64,000 nucleotides of DNA from Candidatus Bathyarchaeia archaeon (GCA_038882715.1 JAVZNR010000001.1:14313-78312), one strand, 5' to 3'; counted from the first letter of the stretch, positions 18,360 through 29,309 are shown. Numbers and translations: made by a program. Notes: generated from the letters alone by a model not told the origin.

Positions 18360-19278
18360 TCAAATAGGTTATAGGAGGATCCTCAATGCATTTACCGAAG
18401 GCAAATGGGCATCTTTCAGCGAACCTACATCCCCTAGGCGGATTTAAGAGGCTAGGCGGCGAGCCGGGTATGAAACCTAGCTTCTTATCGGTTCTAAGCG
18501 TCGGGACGCTCTCCATTAACTTTTGGGAGTATGGGTGCTTCGGATCGCCATAAAATTTTTCCGTCGTATTAAACTCAACTATTTGGCCAGCGTACATCAC
18601 CGCAATTTTATCCGCTAATTCGCTTGAGAGCCCGATGTCATGGGTTATAAATATCATACTTAACCCTACATCTCTCTTAATGCTCTTTAAAAGGTTCATG
18701 ATGCTAGCTTGAGTTAACACGTCCAGGGAGGAGGTAGGCTCATCTAGAATCATCAGTTCCGGGTTTGTAAGGAGAGCCATCGCTATTATTATTCGCTGCT
18801 TCATTCCACCGCTTAACTCAAATGGATAGCACTCTATGAAGCTTTCACTTATGCCAACTTTTCTTAATGCTTCAACAGCCTTCTTAAGTGCTTCCCTTTT
18901 ATCCATCTTATGGATTAGGATGAGGGGCTCTATCATCTGCTCTCCAACCTTAACTACAGGGTTCAAGGAATTCAGCGCTGCCTGCGGGACATACGTAATC
19001 TTACTCCATCTAATTCTCTTCCTGAATTCTTCTTCGTCTAAACCCGCTATGTTTGTGCCGTTAAACATGATCACACCCTTGTATACAGAAACATTTCTGG
19101 GCAGCAACCTTATTATTGACTTTGCTAGTGAACTCTTTCCGCAGCCAGATTCACCTATTATGGCGATCGTTTCCCCTTTAGATAATGAAAAGGACACGTC
19201 ATCGACCGCTCTAACTTCGCCCCTCATCGTCCTGTAATACATCACTAAATTCTTTACGTTCAAGTGTTCCCCGACCAT
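18316..19278 (-). CDS. Oligopeptide/dipeptide ABC transporter ATP-binding subunit (OppD-like)
   Basis: GESGCGKSS, LSGGMKQR, LDEPT, GCRFAERCP. Confidence 0.93.
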   Translation of the reverse strand: MVGEHLNVKNLVMYYRTMRGEVRAVDDVSFSLSKGETIAIIGESGCGKSSLAKSIIRLLPRNVSVYKGVIMFNGTNIAGLDEEEFRKRIRWSKITYVPQAALNSLNPVVKVGEQMIEPLILIHKMDKREALKKAVEALRKVGISESFIECYPFELSGGMKQRIIIAMALLTNPELMILDEPTSSLDVLTQASIMNLLKSIKRDVGLSMIFITHDIGLSSELADKIAVMYAGQIVEFNTTEKFYGDPKHPYSQKLMESVPTLRTDKKLGFIPGSPPSLLNPPRGCRFAERCPFAFGKCIEDPPITYLNEDFYVKCWLYAKE

Positions 19279-20679
19279 TTACATCTCCTTTAACCTTGGA
19301 TTAAATATTTTATCTAGTGCGAAGCCCAGCATCGCGAAGCTTAGCGAGGTCAAAGCTAACATTACTGACGGTTGTAAAACCCAGTAATATAACCCTTTAT
19401 ATAATGCTCCCTGCGTATATGCGTCATCAATTATTTTCCCCCATGTAGGGGCTAACGGGTCACCTAAGCCAAGTATCGCCAACGCGGCCTCAAGGAAGAC
19501 GAAGTCTGCAACCGAGATAACTATTGATGGAATCATTGTTGGGAGAACCTTCGGGATCAAATAAAACATTATTATTCTAAGGTTACCAGCCCCGTAGGCT
19601 CTAGCAGCCTCCACGTATGGAAATTCCTTGACCTGTAGGAAAATTGCTCTATAATTTTTAACACCACTGCCGAACACCGTGAGCGCTATGACAACTGCTA
19701 AAAGAACCCATATATTGAACTTATAGAACGTGGATATCATTATTAGTAGCGGTAGGAATGGAAGAATCATAAAGACTTCGGTAACCCTTTGTAGAACAGT
19801 ATCCGCCTTCCCTCCAAACCAGGCGCTAATGGCTCCGATAAACATCTGTATTAAAGCTATTGTGACCGAAGCGGTTACGCCGAAGGAGAGCGCTATAGGC
19901 GTGCCCCATAAGAGCGCTATGCTTAGATCCCTTCTATAATGATCTGTACCAGCCAATCCATAAACCTTGCCATACACTACTAATTTAGCATTCAGATCCG
20001 CATTAGACTCGAAGGCGATACCATCTATTAGAAGCTCATATGTTCCCTTCATAACTTTAACCGTGTCAGGGTTCAAAATACTGGCATCCTCCTGCGCAAA
20101 GAGCAGAATTGTGACCGGTGTCTCATATTCTATAGTAACGTTGATCTTCTTTGAAATATATCTCCTAAGATCCTTAGCCACATCCTCGTCGCCTGACACA
20201 TAATATCTATCTTCCCTCGATACTAAAAGCGTCTTTAGATTTATTTGGTCCCCATTGGGTTTAACCCAGTAAATTGTCAAATAGGGGCTAGATTCGTTAA
20301 ATTTCGCCTTAAAAAACAGGTTTATTTCGCTTGGAAAATCATCATATTCATAGTTAAATGAAAACTTAATCTTAATAATACTGAACTTTTCAGTGGGAAC
20401 TATCGCCTTAGAGACGCCTACTTGAGCTTTCTCCGTGGTTAAAACTATTGTTTCTGGAAGCCTTTTCTGTGAAAAAATGTTCATCCATGATGGTAGGGCG
20501 TTACGTGGGTTATCCAGCCAATACTGTTCGCCAGCTCTCCAGAGCCGCGTAGCTTCCTCATAGGGTAGGGTTATGATCGTATAAATAGAGACCCCGACTA
20601 GAAACAGGATGATGATTGATCCAATGAGCGCAGACTTGTAAAGCAGTAATTGACTTAAGGCTTGCTTAACCTTCGACAA
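19279..20679 (-). CDS. ABC permease (OppC-like) with large extracytoplasmic insertion
   Basis: LAGTDHYRRD, YVEAARAYGA EAA motif, LGLGDP..PTWG. Confidence 0.9.
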   Translation of the reverse strand: MSKVKQALSQLLLYKSALIGSIIILFLVGVSIYTIITLPYEEATRLWRAGEQYWLDNPRNALPSWMNIFSQKRLPETIVLTTEKAQVGVSKAIVPTEKFSIIKIKFSFNYEYDDFPSEINLFFKAKFNESSPYLTIYWVKPNGDQINLKTLLVSREDRYYVSGDEDVAKDLRRYISKKINVTIEYETPVTILLFAQEDASILNPDTVKVMKGTYELLIDGIAFESNADLNAKLVVYGKVYGLAGTDHYRRDLSIALLWGTPIALSFGVTASVTIALIQMFIGAISAWFGGKADTVLQRVTEVFMILPFLPLLIMISTFYKFNIWVLLAVVIALTVFGSGVKNYRAIFLQVKEFPYVEAARAYGAGNLRIIMFYLIPKVLPTMIPSIVISVADFVFLEAALAILGLGDPLAPTWGKIIDDAYTQGALYKGLYYWVLQPSVMLALTSLSFAMLGFALDKIFNPRLKEM

Positions 20680-20682
20680 TTT

Positions 20683-21744
20683 TTATGTCCCTCCAGCCCT
20701 GATCCTCGGATCTAAGAGCACATAAACGAATTCAAGAACGAACACCGTTGCTGCGAGGAGGTAAGCGTAAATGACTACGAGCCCTACGAGTACAGGTGTA
20801 TCAAATATCACGGATGCCGCGTAGAATAGGCTTCCTATCCCAGGCCAGTTGAACACCCTCTCGGTTATTATTGCTCCCATCCATGAGCCGATCAATGTTA
20901 ATGAGAAGTCTGTTATTATTGGTGGTAGTGTTGGTCTAAGTATATATCTCCTCTGTATTAGGGAGTCCGGTAAACCCTTAGCCTTTGCAAACTCCACATA
21001 ATCCTCGCTTGAAAACATTAGGAAGAATGTTCTCCTCACATAGACGTTTATGAACGAGTAAGCTATTAGCCAAGATAAGACCGGTAGAATCATATGTTTT
21101 AGGACGCTTAAAGCGTAAGCCAATCTATCCGTCGGCGGCGGGATATCAACCATTCCCCCATATGGCAATAGCCTTAGGAATGAGGCAAAAATTAATATGA
21201 GGAATATTCCGTAAAACCACCCGGGTAGGGATGAGAGGGGGGCAAGTAAGACTGAGAGCCTATCCAGAAAACTTCCATATCTCCTTGAGAGGAATAGCCC
21301 GAGAAACAATCCTATAAAGAATAGTATCATCTGCGTTGTTGTAAATAGGAGAACGGTGTTTGGCAGCCTTTCAAGAATTATTATCCGGACATTCTTCGAC
21401 CCGCTGTCGCTGCTTAAGAATAGTGCTCTTCCAAGACTGAGAGTTATGGCATCCCTCAAATAAATGAAGCTTCTATATATGAACGGTTTGTCAAAACCTA
21501 TTTTCTTCAGCTCATTATCATAAATTTCATTTATTATTTTCATTATTTGGGTCTCATTTAATCCCCTATACAGAGGGTTTTGCCGAACGCTCTGCGAAAC
21601 TGAGAGGAGTATATCGCTCTTAATTATTTCATCGACGTATCCGCCCATGTTTGCAATCCAAATTGTTACATAGACTGCAATAACTACAGTCACTAAAAGC
21701 GTGACAGCGCGCTTCAATATATACTTCGCTACTCTTGTAAACAT
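20683..21744 (-). CDS. ABC permease (OppB-like)
   Basis: RLPNTVLL, DYVEFAKAKGL, ERVFNWPGIG, LDPRIR. Confidence 0.92.
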   Translation of the reverse strand: MFTRVAKYILKRAVTLLVTVVIAVYVTIWIANMGGYVDEIIKSDILLSVSQSVRQNPLYRGLNETQIMKIINEIYDNELKKIGFDKPFIYRSFIYLRDAITLSLGRALFLSSDSGSKNVRIIILERLPNTVLLFTTTQMILFFIGLFLGLFLSRRYGSFLDRLSVLLAPLSSLPGWFYGIFLILIFASFLRLLPYGGMVDIPPPTDRLAYALSVLKHMILPVLSWLIAYSFINVYVRRTFFLMFSSEDYVEFAKAKGLPDSLIQRRYILRPTLPPIITDFSLTLIGSWMGAIITERVFNWPGIGSLFYAASVIFDTPVLVGLVVIYAYLLAATVFVLEFVYVLLDPRIRAGGT

Positions 21745-21812
21745 TCGCTCCTTCCTCGTGATCTAGAGAAAAAATAGGTGAAAAGGATAAATAAAAAAGT
21801 AGTGGTTTTTCT

Positions 21813-24515
21813 TTACTTCTTTCTTAGCATTGGTAGTATTATCGCTACTACGGAGAGTATTATGGCTATTACGCCAACGTACATGGCTGTTGTGGCTGCA
21901 CCCACCATACCTCTCAGCTCATCAATCCTCGCATTAAGCTCATTGATTTTGCCTTCCAGCCCAGACTTTAGATCAGACATCTTTATTTCGTAGTCGGCTT
22001 TAGCCTTCGCCAACTCGCTCATAAGATATTCTGTTTCACTCATAACGATAGCTGACCCGCTCGCAGATACTGGCATGCCAACTAGTTTAGACACAGCTAT
22101 CACATCTATGCTGGCCGCCCCGGCAGCCAACATTGACGTCTCCTCCGGCTTAAGTTTAATAACCCATTCGCCGTCCGCTACCGGTTCAGCGGTGCCGATA
22201 AGCGTTATTGTTGGACTGGTAACAATATACTTGACATAGCTCATATCTGCCGCACCGTATGGTTTGCCCTCAAATGTTACTGAAACCCTAATCTCCGCTG
22301 AGAGACCAGGCACAATTTTAGGTGCAGCGGCAATTTTAACCTCCGGTATCATAGGCTTAGAGAATTTAAGCCACTTGTCGGCTGAGTCTATGAATTCTCT
22401 GTTAGCCTTCAACACCACTATTCTAGCTGTTGGGTCGACTCTATCTAGGTAGAATGGCCCATGACCGATGAGGAAGTGGCCCTTCGCCTCATACCACCTC
22501 TTCAAGTTATTATATCTTTCTAGAGCTTCTGCCTCGCTAACATATTTGCCTAGCACGTTCTTGTAGGGTATGAATTTCTCTGAAATGGCTTTGTCTAAGG
22601 ATTCGGCAAGTATTGGTATTGATGGACCAGCAATATAGCTCATCCACTCAACTTTAAGGCTCTCAGCCTTATCGGCTGAGAATGCCAGCTTATTATCCGC
22701 CTCAGCAAGCCAGCCGATGGCAACCATATGCCATGGGGCCGGGCCATACGTGTACTCTGGGTAGAATGCTGTTGCAGCAGCCCACGCTATCCACTCAGCG
22801 TCAAGGTACAGTTGATCCGAATAGTATTCTATGACCAATGGATTAGTGCTCAATATCTTAAAGCCCTTAAAGTACTCTCTAAAAGCCTCAAATGTGGGAA
22901 CATATGATTCATCGTAAACCGGGCTTTCAGACTTAGCTCTATCAAAAGTCAATATATAGGCGAACACAAAGTCTGCCAGCGAGAGTTTACTGCCATCATG
23001 GAACTTTATGTTAAATAAGTTATCGTCGTAGTAGACTACGGTCTTCGTTTTGGCTTTTGTTCCTGAAGGAGCATAAACTATCTCCTGCTTCTCCGGGTTC
23101 CAATCATACCATGCGTCCGTTGGCACCGCTATTTCGTCAACAAATTTTAGAGACACCCAGTCTAGGGTGACGTCCACAGGCAATCCTTTTTCGACATAGA
23201 CCTCTGCTTTTTTAACCCTCTGTGGCCAGTAGAGTCCGGTGAACGGGTCTGGCATAACGGCTGGGTCAGATAAAGCCCTATAGAACATGGCATCATATAT
23301 CCAGTCGCTTCCACTAACAGGATTTATAGGGTCTACGAGTAGATCTGTAGACATTATTCTAACCGTGCCGCCAACCTTATCAATGTATCTAATAGTGTAT
23401 GGCCATAACCTTGCGCCAGAGAAACCTGCTGCCAAGTCATACGTTAGCGATACCTCTTTTCTAGCTGGCCAAGGAGCTGTCTGACTAACCAGCCACACTC
23501 TCACGGAATCCTTCATTGAAAGCGTTAGGGCTTTCCTCATGAGATCGTCTCTTTCTTCAATGGTTCTATAGTCTCTAGTCCATAATCTACCAGCTACGTA
23601 GTCGAATTCTGGTGCTGGCTTATAAGCGCTCCATAGGGGCCCTAAACCAGCCCTCGGCGTATAGAAGAAGCCAAAGTTATCCGCTTCGTCCCTAGAGACA
23701 AGGGTTGTTATCCATCCACCCGTATAGACGTGCCATTTTCCATCCGCTGGGTTGCCTCTAATCCATATGGGCGCTGCCTCCCTACTGGTCTTATATTGCC
23801 TGTCAACTGTGAAACCCAGCTTCTCAAGCTGCGAGGCCACATAATCGCCTATTGCTCTCCTCTGGTCTTCAACCCTAATAATGAATATTATTGTAACCGG
23901 CTCATCCTTATAATGCCATTTTCCGCCAACGAGCTGGGCGCCGAGCTTAATCATCTCCTCAGTAATTATCTCCCTAGCCTTCTCAAAATTGTAACTGTAC
24001 TCCCTCTCGATCTCCTTGACTACGTCTGCGTATCTCGCATAGTCTGGGAAGGCTGGCGTCAGGGTCGTGTATCTCGGCACGCCCATTCCGGCCATTATCT
24101 CATCACAGATATATTTTCTATCAACTAGGTAGTTCATCGCTTCCCTTATCTGCGGGACAGAGAAAGGATTCAATTTACCAGTTGCAGGAAACTCTGGCCC
24201 CACAGGGTTAAATGTCAATTCAAAGTATAATCCATAAGATGTAACGTACCAGAGATCCGGTGAAGCCTTTATCTTCTTGAACAACTCTGGATCCCTTATA
24301 TCCCTAAAGTACACTTGTATCTCGTTTTTAAGCAACATATCCACGGTCTTCGCTTCATCTGTTTCCACAGAGAATACGACTTCGTCAACCCATGGACCCT
24401 TGGGGGCAGCTTGAGCTGAAGCCGCAGGAACATTTGCTAACACTATGCTAAGAGCAAAGGTTGTCAGAAGGAATGCTGCTAATATATTTGTTTTAAATTT
24501 CATATCAGACATCAC
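21813..24515 (-). CDS. Family 5 ABC substrate-binding protein, signal peptide and C-terminal coiled coil plus TM anchor
   Basis: N-terminal signal, NPFSVPQIREAMNY, GHGPFYL, C-terminal hydrophobic anchor; 900 aa. Confidence 0.88.
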   Translation of the reverse strand: MMSDMKFKTNILAAFLLTTFALSIVLANVPAASAQAAPKGPWVDEVVFSVETDEAKTVDMLLKNEIQVYFRDIRDPELFKKIKASPDLWYVTSYGLYFELTFNPVGPEFPATGKLNPFSVPQIREAMNYLVDRKYICDEIMAGMGVPRYTTLTPAFPDYARYADVVKEIEREYSYNFEKAREIITEEMIKLGAQLVGGKWHYKDEPVTIIFIIRVEDQRRAIGDYVASQLEKLGFTVDRQYKTSREAAPIWIRGNPADGKWHVYTGGWITTLVSRDEADNFGFFYTPRAGLGPLWSAYKPAPEFDYVAGRLWTRDYRTIEERDDLMRKALTLSMKDSVRVWLVSQTAPWPARKEVSLTYDLAAGFSGARLWPYTIRYIDKVGGTVRIMSTDLLVDPINPVSGSDWIYDAMFYRALSDPAVMPDPFTGLYWPQRVKKAEVYVEKGLPVDVTLDWVSLKFVDEIAVPTDAWYDWNPEKQEIVYAPSGTKAKTKTVVYYDDNLFNIKFHDGSKLSLADFVFAYILTFDRAKSESPVYDESYVPTFEAFREYFKGFKILSTNPLVIEYYSDQLYLDAEWIAWAAATAFYPEYTYGPAPWHMVAIGWLAEADNKLAFSADKAESLKVEWMSYIAGPSIPILAESLDKAISEKFIPYKNVLGKYVSEAEALERYNNLKRWYEAKGHFLIGHGPFYLDRVDPTARIVVLKANREFIDSADKWLKFSKPMIPEVKIAAAPKIVPGLSAEIRVSVTFEGKPYGAADMSYVKYIVTSPTITLIGTAEPVADGEWVIKLKPEETSMLAAGAASIDVIAVSKLVGMPVSASGSAIVMSETEYLMSELAKAKADYEIKMSDLKSGLEGKINELNARIDELRGMVGAATTAMYVGVIAIILSVVAIILPMLRKK

Positions 24516-24613
24516 TCCTAAGAGATATATGAGGCCCCATCTTGTTAATAAAATTTTTCAATCAAATATGAAAAGAAGGTATCAGAAGCCTTGAAAATTT
24601 ATCATGCCTTAGT

Positions 24614-25735
24614 TTAGGGAAACAAGAGATTTATATTTTTCACGTCAACCTTTTCGATTTCCAAGATGTCTCTTATGAACCCGAATATTTTCATCCTCGT
24701 CTCCCTTGCTAGGTTTGGATACCATATTGGTGACGCTATTACTAAGCCTCTCCACGCATAGTATGGTTGTACAACTGTTAGGATTTCTTCGTCCCCAGTC
24801 TTGTTCAAGTAGTTTTCCCAGAATAGATCGAACAGCCTCTTAAACGGGTCTTTTATTTCGCCGTATGCCTGCAACGAGTAGAATAGATAGTTTATCGTCA
24901 TGGCTGCTAAGTCGTCTGCCGGTTCACCCCACTCGCCGCGACTGCGGTCTAAGGCTGTGAAGTCTGTACCCTCGCGGAACAATATGTTCCATGGGTGGAA
25001 GTCTCCGTGAACCCTAGCGCACCTATAGGCCTTCTTCTTCAGCCTCCAGCGCCAATCGACGCATTTACGCTCAATCTCCATCAACGTCTTCTCGCCAGCG
25101 TAATCCAGCCCCGGCGGATAGCTGTCTATTAAGCCCATTATGCATTCCCCATGCCCAACAAGATCCCTAACACGCCTAACATAAAGCGGTTCCAGCCCAG
25201 CACCCTTAACCGAGTGAACTTCAACGAGGTAGTCTGATAAAGCCAGGCAACGCTCAACGTCTAGGCTTGTTAATTCACCCCTAGATTTTATCGCCTCTAA
25301 ATCTAGATAGTAGGGTTTACCCTCAACAAACTCCGTCAATATGAAGAACTCCCTGCAGTCTCCAAGCGATTTTAGCGCTCCGCCCGCCGTGAACGCGCCA
25401 ACATCAATGGATCTCACATGCTTTGGTAGGTTGTTGAAGGCTGAGTACTGCCATAAAAGTATCTGGGCTCTATCCGAAAAATGCTCGTGTCCGAAGCCGC
25501 CCGGCCTAATAGTCTCCAAAACAACCCTCTTAACCTCATCGTTAACTGAGATCTCAATTAAATATGGGACGCCGTAGCCGAACCCCTTAAGCTCCTCGCC
25601 GCTTTTCTCCTTTCCGGAAGCCATCTCTAAAACCCTCAGAACATCAGCCTTAGGCCCATAAACCTCACGAAAATACTTTCTTAAACTCTCTAAGCCCGAT
25701 AAGGCTATCTCCATTAAGCATCCTCCGTAAACCAA
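24614..25735 (-). CDS. Aminoglycoside phosphotransferase/choline kinase-fold protein
   Basis: HGDFHPWN catalytic loop, LDRSRGEWGEPADDL. Confidence 0.8.
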   Translation of the reverse strand: MVYGGCLMEIALSGLESLRKYFREVYGPKADVLRVLEMASGKEKSGEELKGFGYGVPYLIEISVNDEVKRVVLETIRPGGFGHEHFSDRAQILLWQYSAFNNLPKHVRSIDVGAFTAGGALKSLGDCREFFILTEFVEGKPYYLDLEAIKSRGELTSLDVERCLALSDYLVEVHSVKGAGLEPLYVRRVRDLVGHGECIMGLIDSYPPGLDYAGEKTLMEIERKCVDWRWRLKKKAYRCARVHGDFHPWNILFREGTDFTALDRSRGEWGEPADDLAAMTINYLFYSLQAYGEIKDPFKRLFDLFWENYLNKTGDEEILTVVQPYYAWRGLVIASPIWYPNLARETRMKIFGFIRDILEIEKVDVKNINLLFP

Positions 25736-25868
25736 TTATAATAACGCTGGGGCCATATTTAAAAATCCTATTGCGGACGAAGCTTCAAGCGTTCACGAGG
25801 CAAGGTCAGGGTTAATAATTTAGGGTTTCAGTAGCTCTTATTTATATTGAGCTATTTAAAAGTAAGTT

Positions 25869-27230
25869 TTGGAGGATGTTTTCATGGATCTCATAATACT
25901 TGGCGGAACAATCGTTACGATGGGGGATAAAGGCGTTATACGTGATGGAGCTATCGTGGTGGAGGGCGACACCATAGTTGATGTTGGAAGAAGCGATGAG
26001 ATTAAACACAAGTATTCAGGGTATGAGAAGATTGATGCGAGCGGAAAGATTGTGATGCCCGGCTTGATTAACGCACATCAGCATGCGGCCATGAGCCTGC
26101 TGAGAGGGTACGTTGACGATTATCCGCTTAAGGAGTGGCTTGAGAGGTGGGTTTGGCCCTTCGAGAGACACATGACTGGCTACGATATTTATGTTGGCGC
26201 GCTTCTGACGGCTGTTGAATCTGTTATGGGCGGGACAACAACCATTAACACAATGTATCATTATGCTGAGGAGTATAATGAGGCTATGGCTCTAGCCGAA
26301 GTCGGATTACGCGGGGTTGTTGGACATGTCTGCTTCTCATGGCGCAAAGAGCAGGACATAAAAGCCCTAAAAGACTCTGCAAGAAAATGGCATAAAGGAG
26401 CCGATGGAAGGATACGCGTCAGCGTTGATCCCCACGCCCCATACACCGTTGACCCAGAATACATGAGGGAGCTAAGAGCCATAACACGTGATTTAAACGA
26501 GAAGTATGCCTCAGCCAGCGCGCCTATAATATGGCATACTCATCTGGCTGAGACCGAGGATGAGGCGCAGAAGATTAAGGATTCATTCGGCATCTCCGTA
26601 TCTAACGGCGTCGTGGATTACGTGGATTCGCTAGGCGTTCTAGGTGGGGACGTTGTCGCAGCGCACTGCGTTCATTTAACGCCGAGAGACATAGAGGTCT
26701 TAAGCTTAAGAGGGGTTAAGGTTGCCCATAACCCCATCTCGAACATGAAGCTGGCTTCAGGGGTTAGCCCCATCCCTAAGCTTTTGAAAGCTGGTGTAAC
26801 CGTGGCCCTTGGAACAGATAGCCCGTGCTCAAACAACTCGGCGGATATGTTTGAGGTCATGAAGTTCACCGCGCTTCTACATAAAGGCGTTAACCGTGAT
26901 CCGACACTGTTGCCGGCTGAAACGGTTCTCAGGATGGCGACTGTTGATGGCGCTAGGGCGCTCCTATGGGATAGAGAAATAGGGTCCATTGAGGTGGGCA
27001 AGAAAGCCGACATAATCATAGTTGATTTTCAGAGGCCGCATCTATGGCCGCTCTACAGTGAGGTGAGCCATCTGGTTTACGCGGCTAAGGCGTCGGACGT
27101 TGAGACCGTTATCGTTAGTGGCCGCATAATTATGGAGCGCAGAGAGCTAAAAACCATTAAAGTCGAGGAGGTCATGGAAAAAGCCAAGAAGGTTCAGGAG
27201 AGATTGCTTGAACGCGTAGGTGCAAGATGA
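25869..27230 (+). CDS. Amidohydrolase, MtaD/DadD-like (methylthioadenosine/SAH/5'-deoxyadenosine deaminase)
   Basis: PGLINAHQH, PHAPY, HTHLAET, AAHCV, HNPISNMKLASG, LGTD. Confidence 0.85.
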   Translation: MEDVFMDLIILGGTIVTMGDKGVIRDGAIVVEGDTIVDVGRSDEIKHKYSGYEKIDASGKIVMPGLINAHQHAAMSLLRGYVDDYPLKEWLERWVWPFERHMTGYDIYVGALLTAVESVMGGTTTINTMYHYAEEYNEAMALAEVGLRGVVGHVCFSWRKEQDIKALKDSARKWHKGADGRIRVSVDPHAPYTVDPEYMRELRAITRDLNEKYASASAPIIWHTHLAETEDEAQKIKDSFGISVSNGVVDYVDSLGVLGGDVVAAHCVHLTPRDIEVLSLRGVKVAHNPISNMKLASGVSPIPKLLKAGVTVALGTDSPCSNNSADMFEVMKFTALLHKGVNRDPTLLPAETVLRMATVDGARALLWDREIGSIEVGKKADIIIVDFQRPHLWPLYSEVSHLVYAAKASDVETVIVSGRIIMERRELKTIKVEEVMEKAKKVQERLLERVGAR

Positions 27231-27236
27231 TTCTCC

Positions 27237-28472
27237 TTGTGGGAGGGGTTTATTATCGAGCCGATCTCGTTTGGATTGGTTGGTGTAGGGGGTTATGCCG
27301 CAGTCTATCTAAGGGTTTTAAGGGCTCTAGAGGATGAAGGCTTAGCTAAGATTTCAGCTGTGGTTATAAGAAGCCCGTGGAAATACGTTAGGGAGGTGGA
27401 ATATTTTAGGGGTAGGTCTACGGCTATTTATGGTAGCTTTGAGGAAATGGTTGAGGCTGAGCGTGGCAGAATAGATATTGTCGCCCTGCCCACAGCTATA
27501 TATGAGCACAAAGACATGGCTGTGAAAGCCCTTAAAAGCGGGTTCAACGTTATCCTCGAGAAGCCTCCTGCCGTGACGGTACAGGACTTGGATGAGATGA
27601 TTGAGGCTGAGCGGGCTTCGGGCAAGTTCTGCGCAGTGGGCTTTCAACTACAATCGAAGACTGTTGTCCGCAGGATTAAGGAGGCTGTTTGCGAGGGAAA
27701 AATAGGTGAAGTGAAGTACGTTTTGAGTAAGGGGAAGTGGAAGAGGCTTGACTCCTATTATGAGAGGAACGCTTGGGCTGGCAAATTCATGTATGAGGGA
27801 AAGTATGTTTTGGATGGAACTGTCAGTAACCCCTTATCCCATTATTTAATGAGCTCGCTGTTCTTTGCGAGTGGGGAGGAGGGGCGAGCTGCCTATCCGG
27901 TAGGGGTTAGGGCTGAGCTCTATAGGGGTCATAAAATAGAGGGTGAAGATACATCGTGCCTTGAGGCTGAGGTTGATGGCGGTGCACGGGTCTTCTTTTT
28001 CGCCACGCTTTGCAGTCCACATCAAAGTAGCCCATCTCAGCGGATAATTGGGACTAGAGGCTTGATCGACTGGACTTTTGGGGATAACGCCTACATAAGG
28101 TATGCTGATGGAGGCGTTGAAACAATAGAGGAGGACGGAAAGAATGAGCGCATCGAGCTCTTTCGGAACGCCATCAGATATTTAAGGGAGTTGGACGAGA
28201 GTATCAACTGCACCCTCGAATTAACCAGACCCTTCGTCCTAACGCTAAATGGGGCATATGAGTCAGCTAGGCGGATAAAGGATATTCCAAACGAATTCAT
28301 AATTAGGAGGGCGGAGGAGGATTCTATAGCCACAGTAATCATAGGCATCGACGATATAATTGATAAAGCCTTCGAAGCGAAGCAATTGTTCTCGGATCTC
28401 GGCGTTGAATGGGCCTATAAAACGGAGTATTTCCCACTTGAAAATTATAGGCGCTTCAACCTAGTATTATAA
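27237..28472 (+). CDS. Gfo/Idh/MocA family oxidoreductase
   Basis: GLVGVGGYA, EKPPA motif. Confidence 0.85.
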   Translation: MWEGFIIEPISFGLVGVGGYAAVYLRVLRALEDEGLAKISAVVIRSPWKYVREVEYFRGRSTAIYGSFEEMVEAERGRIDIVALPTAIYEHKDMAVKALKSGFNVILEKPPAVTVQDLDEMIEAERASGKFCAVGFQLQSKTVVRRIKEAVCEGKIGEVKYVLSKGKWKRLDSYYERNAWAGKFMYEGKYVLDGTVSNPLSHYLMSSLFFASGEEGRAAYPVGVRAELYRGHKIEGEDTSCLEAEVDGGARVFFFATLCSPHQSSPSQRIIGTRGLIDWTFGDNAYIRYADGGVETIEEDGKNERIELFRNAIRYLRELDESINCTLELTRPFVLTLNGAYESARRIKDIPNEFIIRRAEEDSIATVIIGIDDIIDKAFEAKQLFSDLGVEWAYKTEYFPLENYRRFNLVL

Positions 28473-28479
28473 CTGTGGG

Positions 28480-29304
28480 ATGCCCATGAAAATCTGCATA
28501 GTTACCGATGAAGTGAGCTCCGATCCCGAGACCGCCATGGAGCTCATCTCCGACTGGGGAGTGAGGCACATTGAGATAAGAAGCGTTTGGGGTAAGAGGG
28601 TTCCAGATATTGAGCCTTTTGAGCAAGAACGCTTGAAAGAGCTGGTTTCAATGTACAATTTGGGGGTTGCTGCAATCTCGCCCGGCATTTTTAAATGCAG
28701 GATCAATGACGAAGCGACGGTTATGAATCATTTGAATGAAAGGCTTCCACGCTCCATTGATCTTGCGAGGAGTTTAGGGACGAATACTGTGATAGTGTTT
28801 GGCTTTTTATGCGATGACCCCCATAATATAAAGTACTTTGACTATGCTGTAAGAATTTTGAGGAAGGCTTCAGACTATGCCGCTGAAAGGGGGGTTCTCC
28901 TAGCCCTTGAAAACGAACCGTCAAGTCTGGCGGATACTGGTGAGAGAACCGCCAACCTCGTTAAATCTATTGGAATAGAGAGTCTGCGAGTAAACTGGGA
29001 TCCGTGCAACGCATATGTTGCTGGCGAACAACATTCTAGAGGCTACGAGCACGTGAGGGGTTTAGTGGCACATGTCCATCTAAAGGATGTCACCATGGAC
29101 AGCAAGTCCGGTAGAAGGGTTTATGTGCCCTTTGGGGATGGGGAGGTAGGGGTCTTCAGCCAAGTGAGGCATCTTGTAAACGATGGCTATAGGGGCTTCT
29201 TCTCAATCGAGACCCATGTGAGCCAAAACCGCGTGAAAAGCACCCTCAAGTGTTTAAGGAGACTCCAAAATTTCATCGAGGAGTTGGGTGAGAAACTTGA
29301 ATAG
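28480..29304 (+). CDS. Sugar phosphate isomerase/epimerase (xylose isomerase-like TIM barrel)
   Basis: LALENE, NWDPCN, HVHLKD, SIETH metal ligands. Confidence 0.85.
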   Translation: MPMKICIVTDEVSSDPETAMELISDWGVRHIEIRSVWGKRVPDIEPFEQERLKELVSMYNLGVAAISPGIFKCRINDEATVMNHLNERLPRSIDLARSLGTNTVIVFGFLCDDPHNIKYFDYAVRILRKASDYAAERGVLLALENEPSSLADTGERTANLVKSIGIESLRVNWDPCNAYVAGEQHSRGYEHVRGLVAHVHLKDVTMDSKSGRRVYVPFGDGEVGVFSQVRHLVNDGYRGFFSIETHVSQNRVKSTLKCLRRLQNFIEELGEKLE

Positions 29305-29309
29305 AGCCC

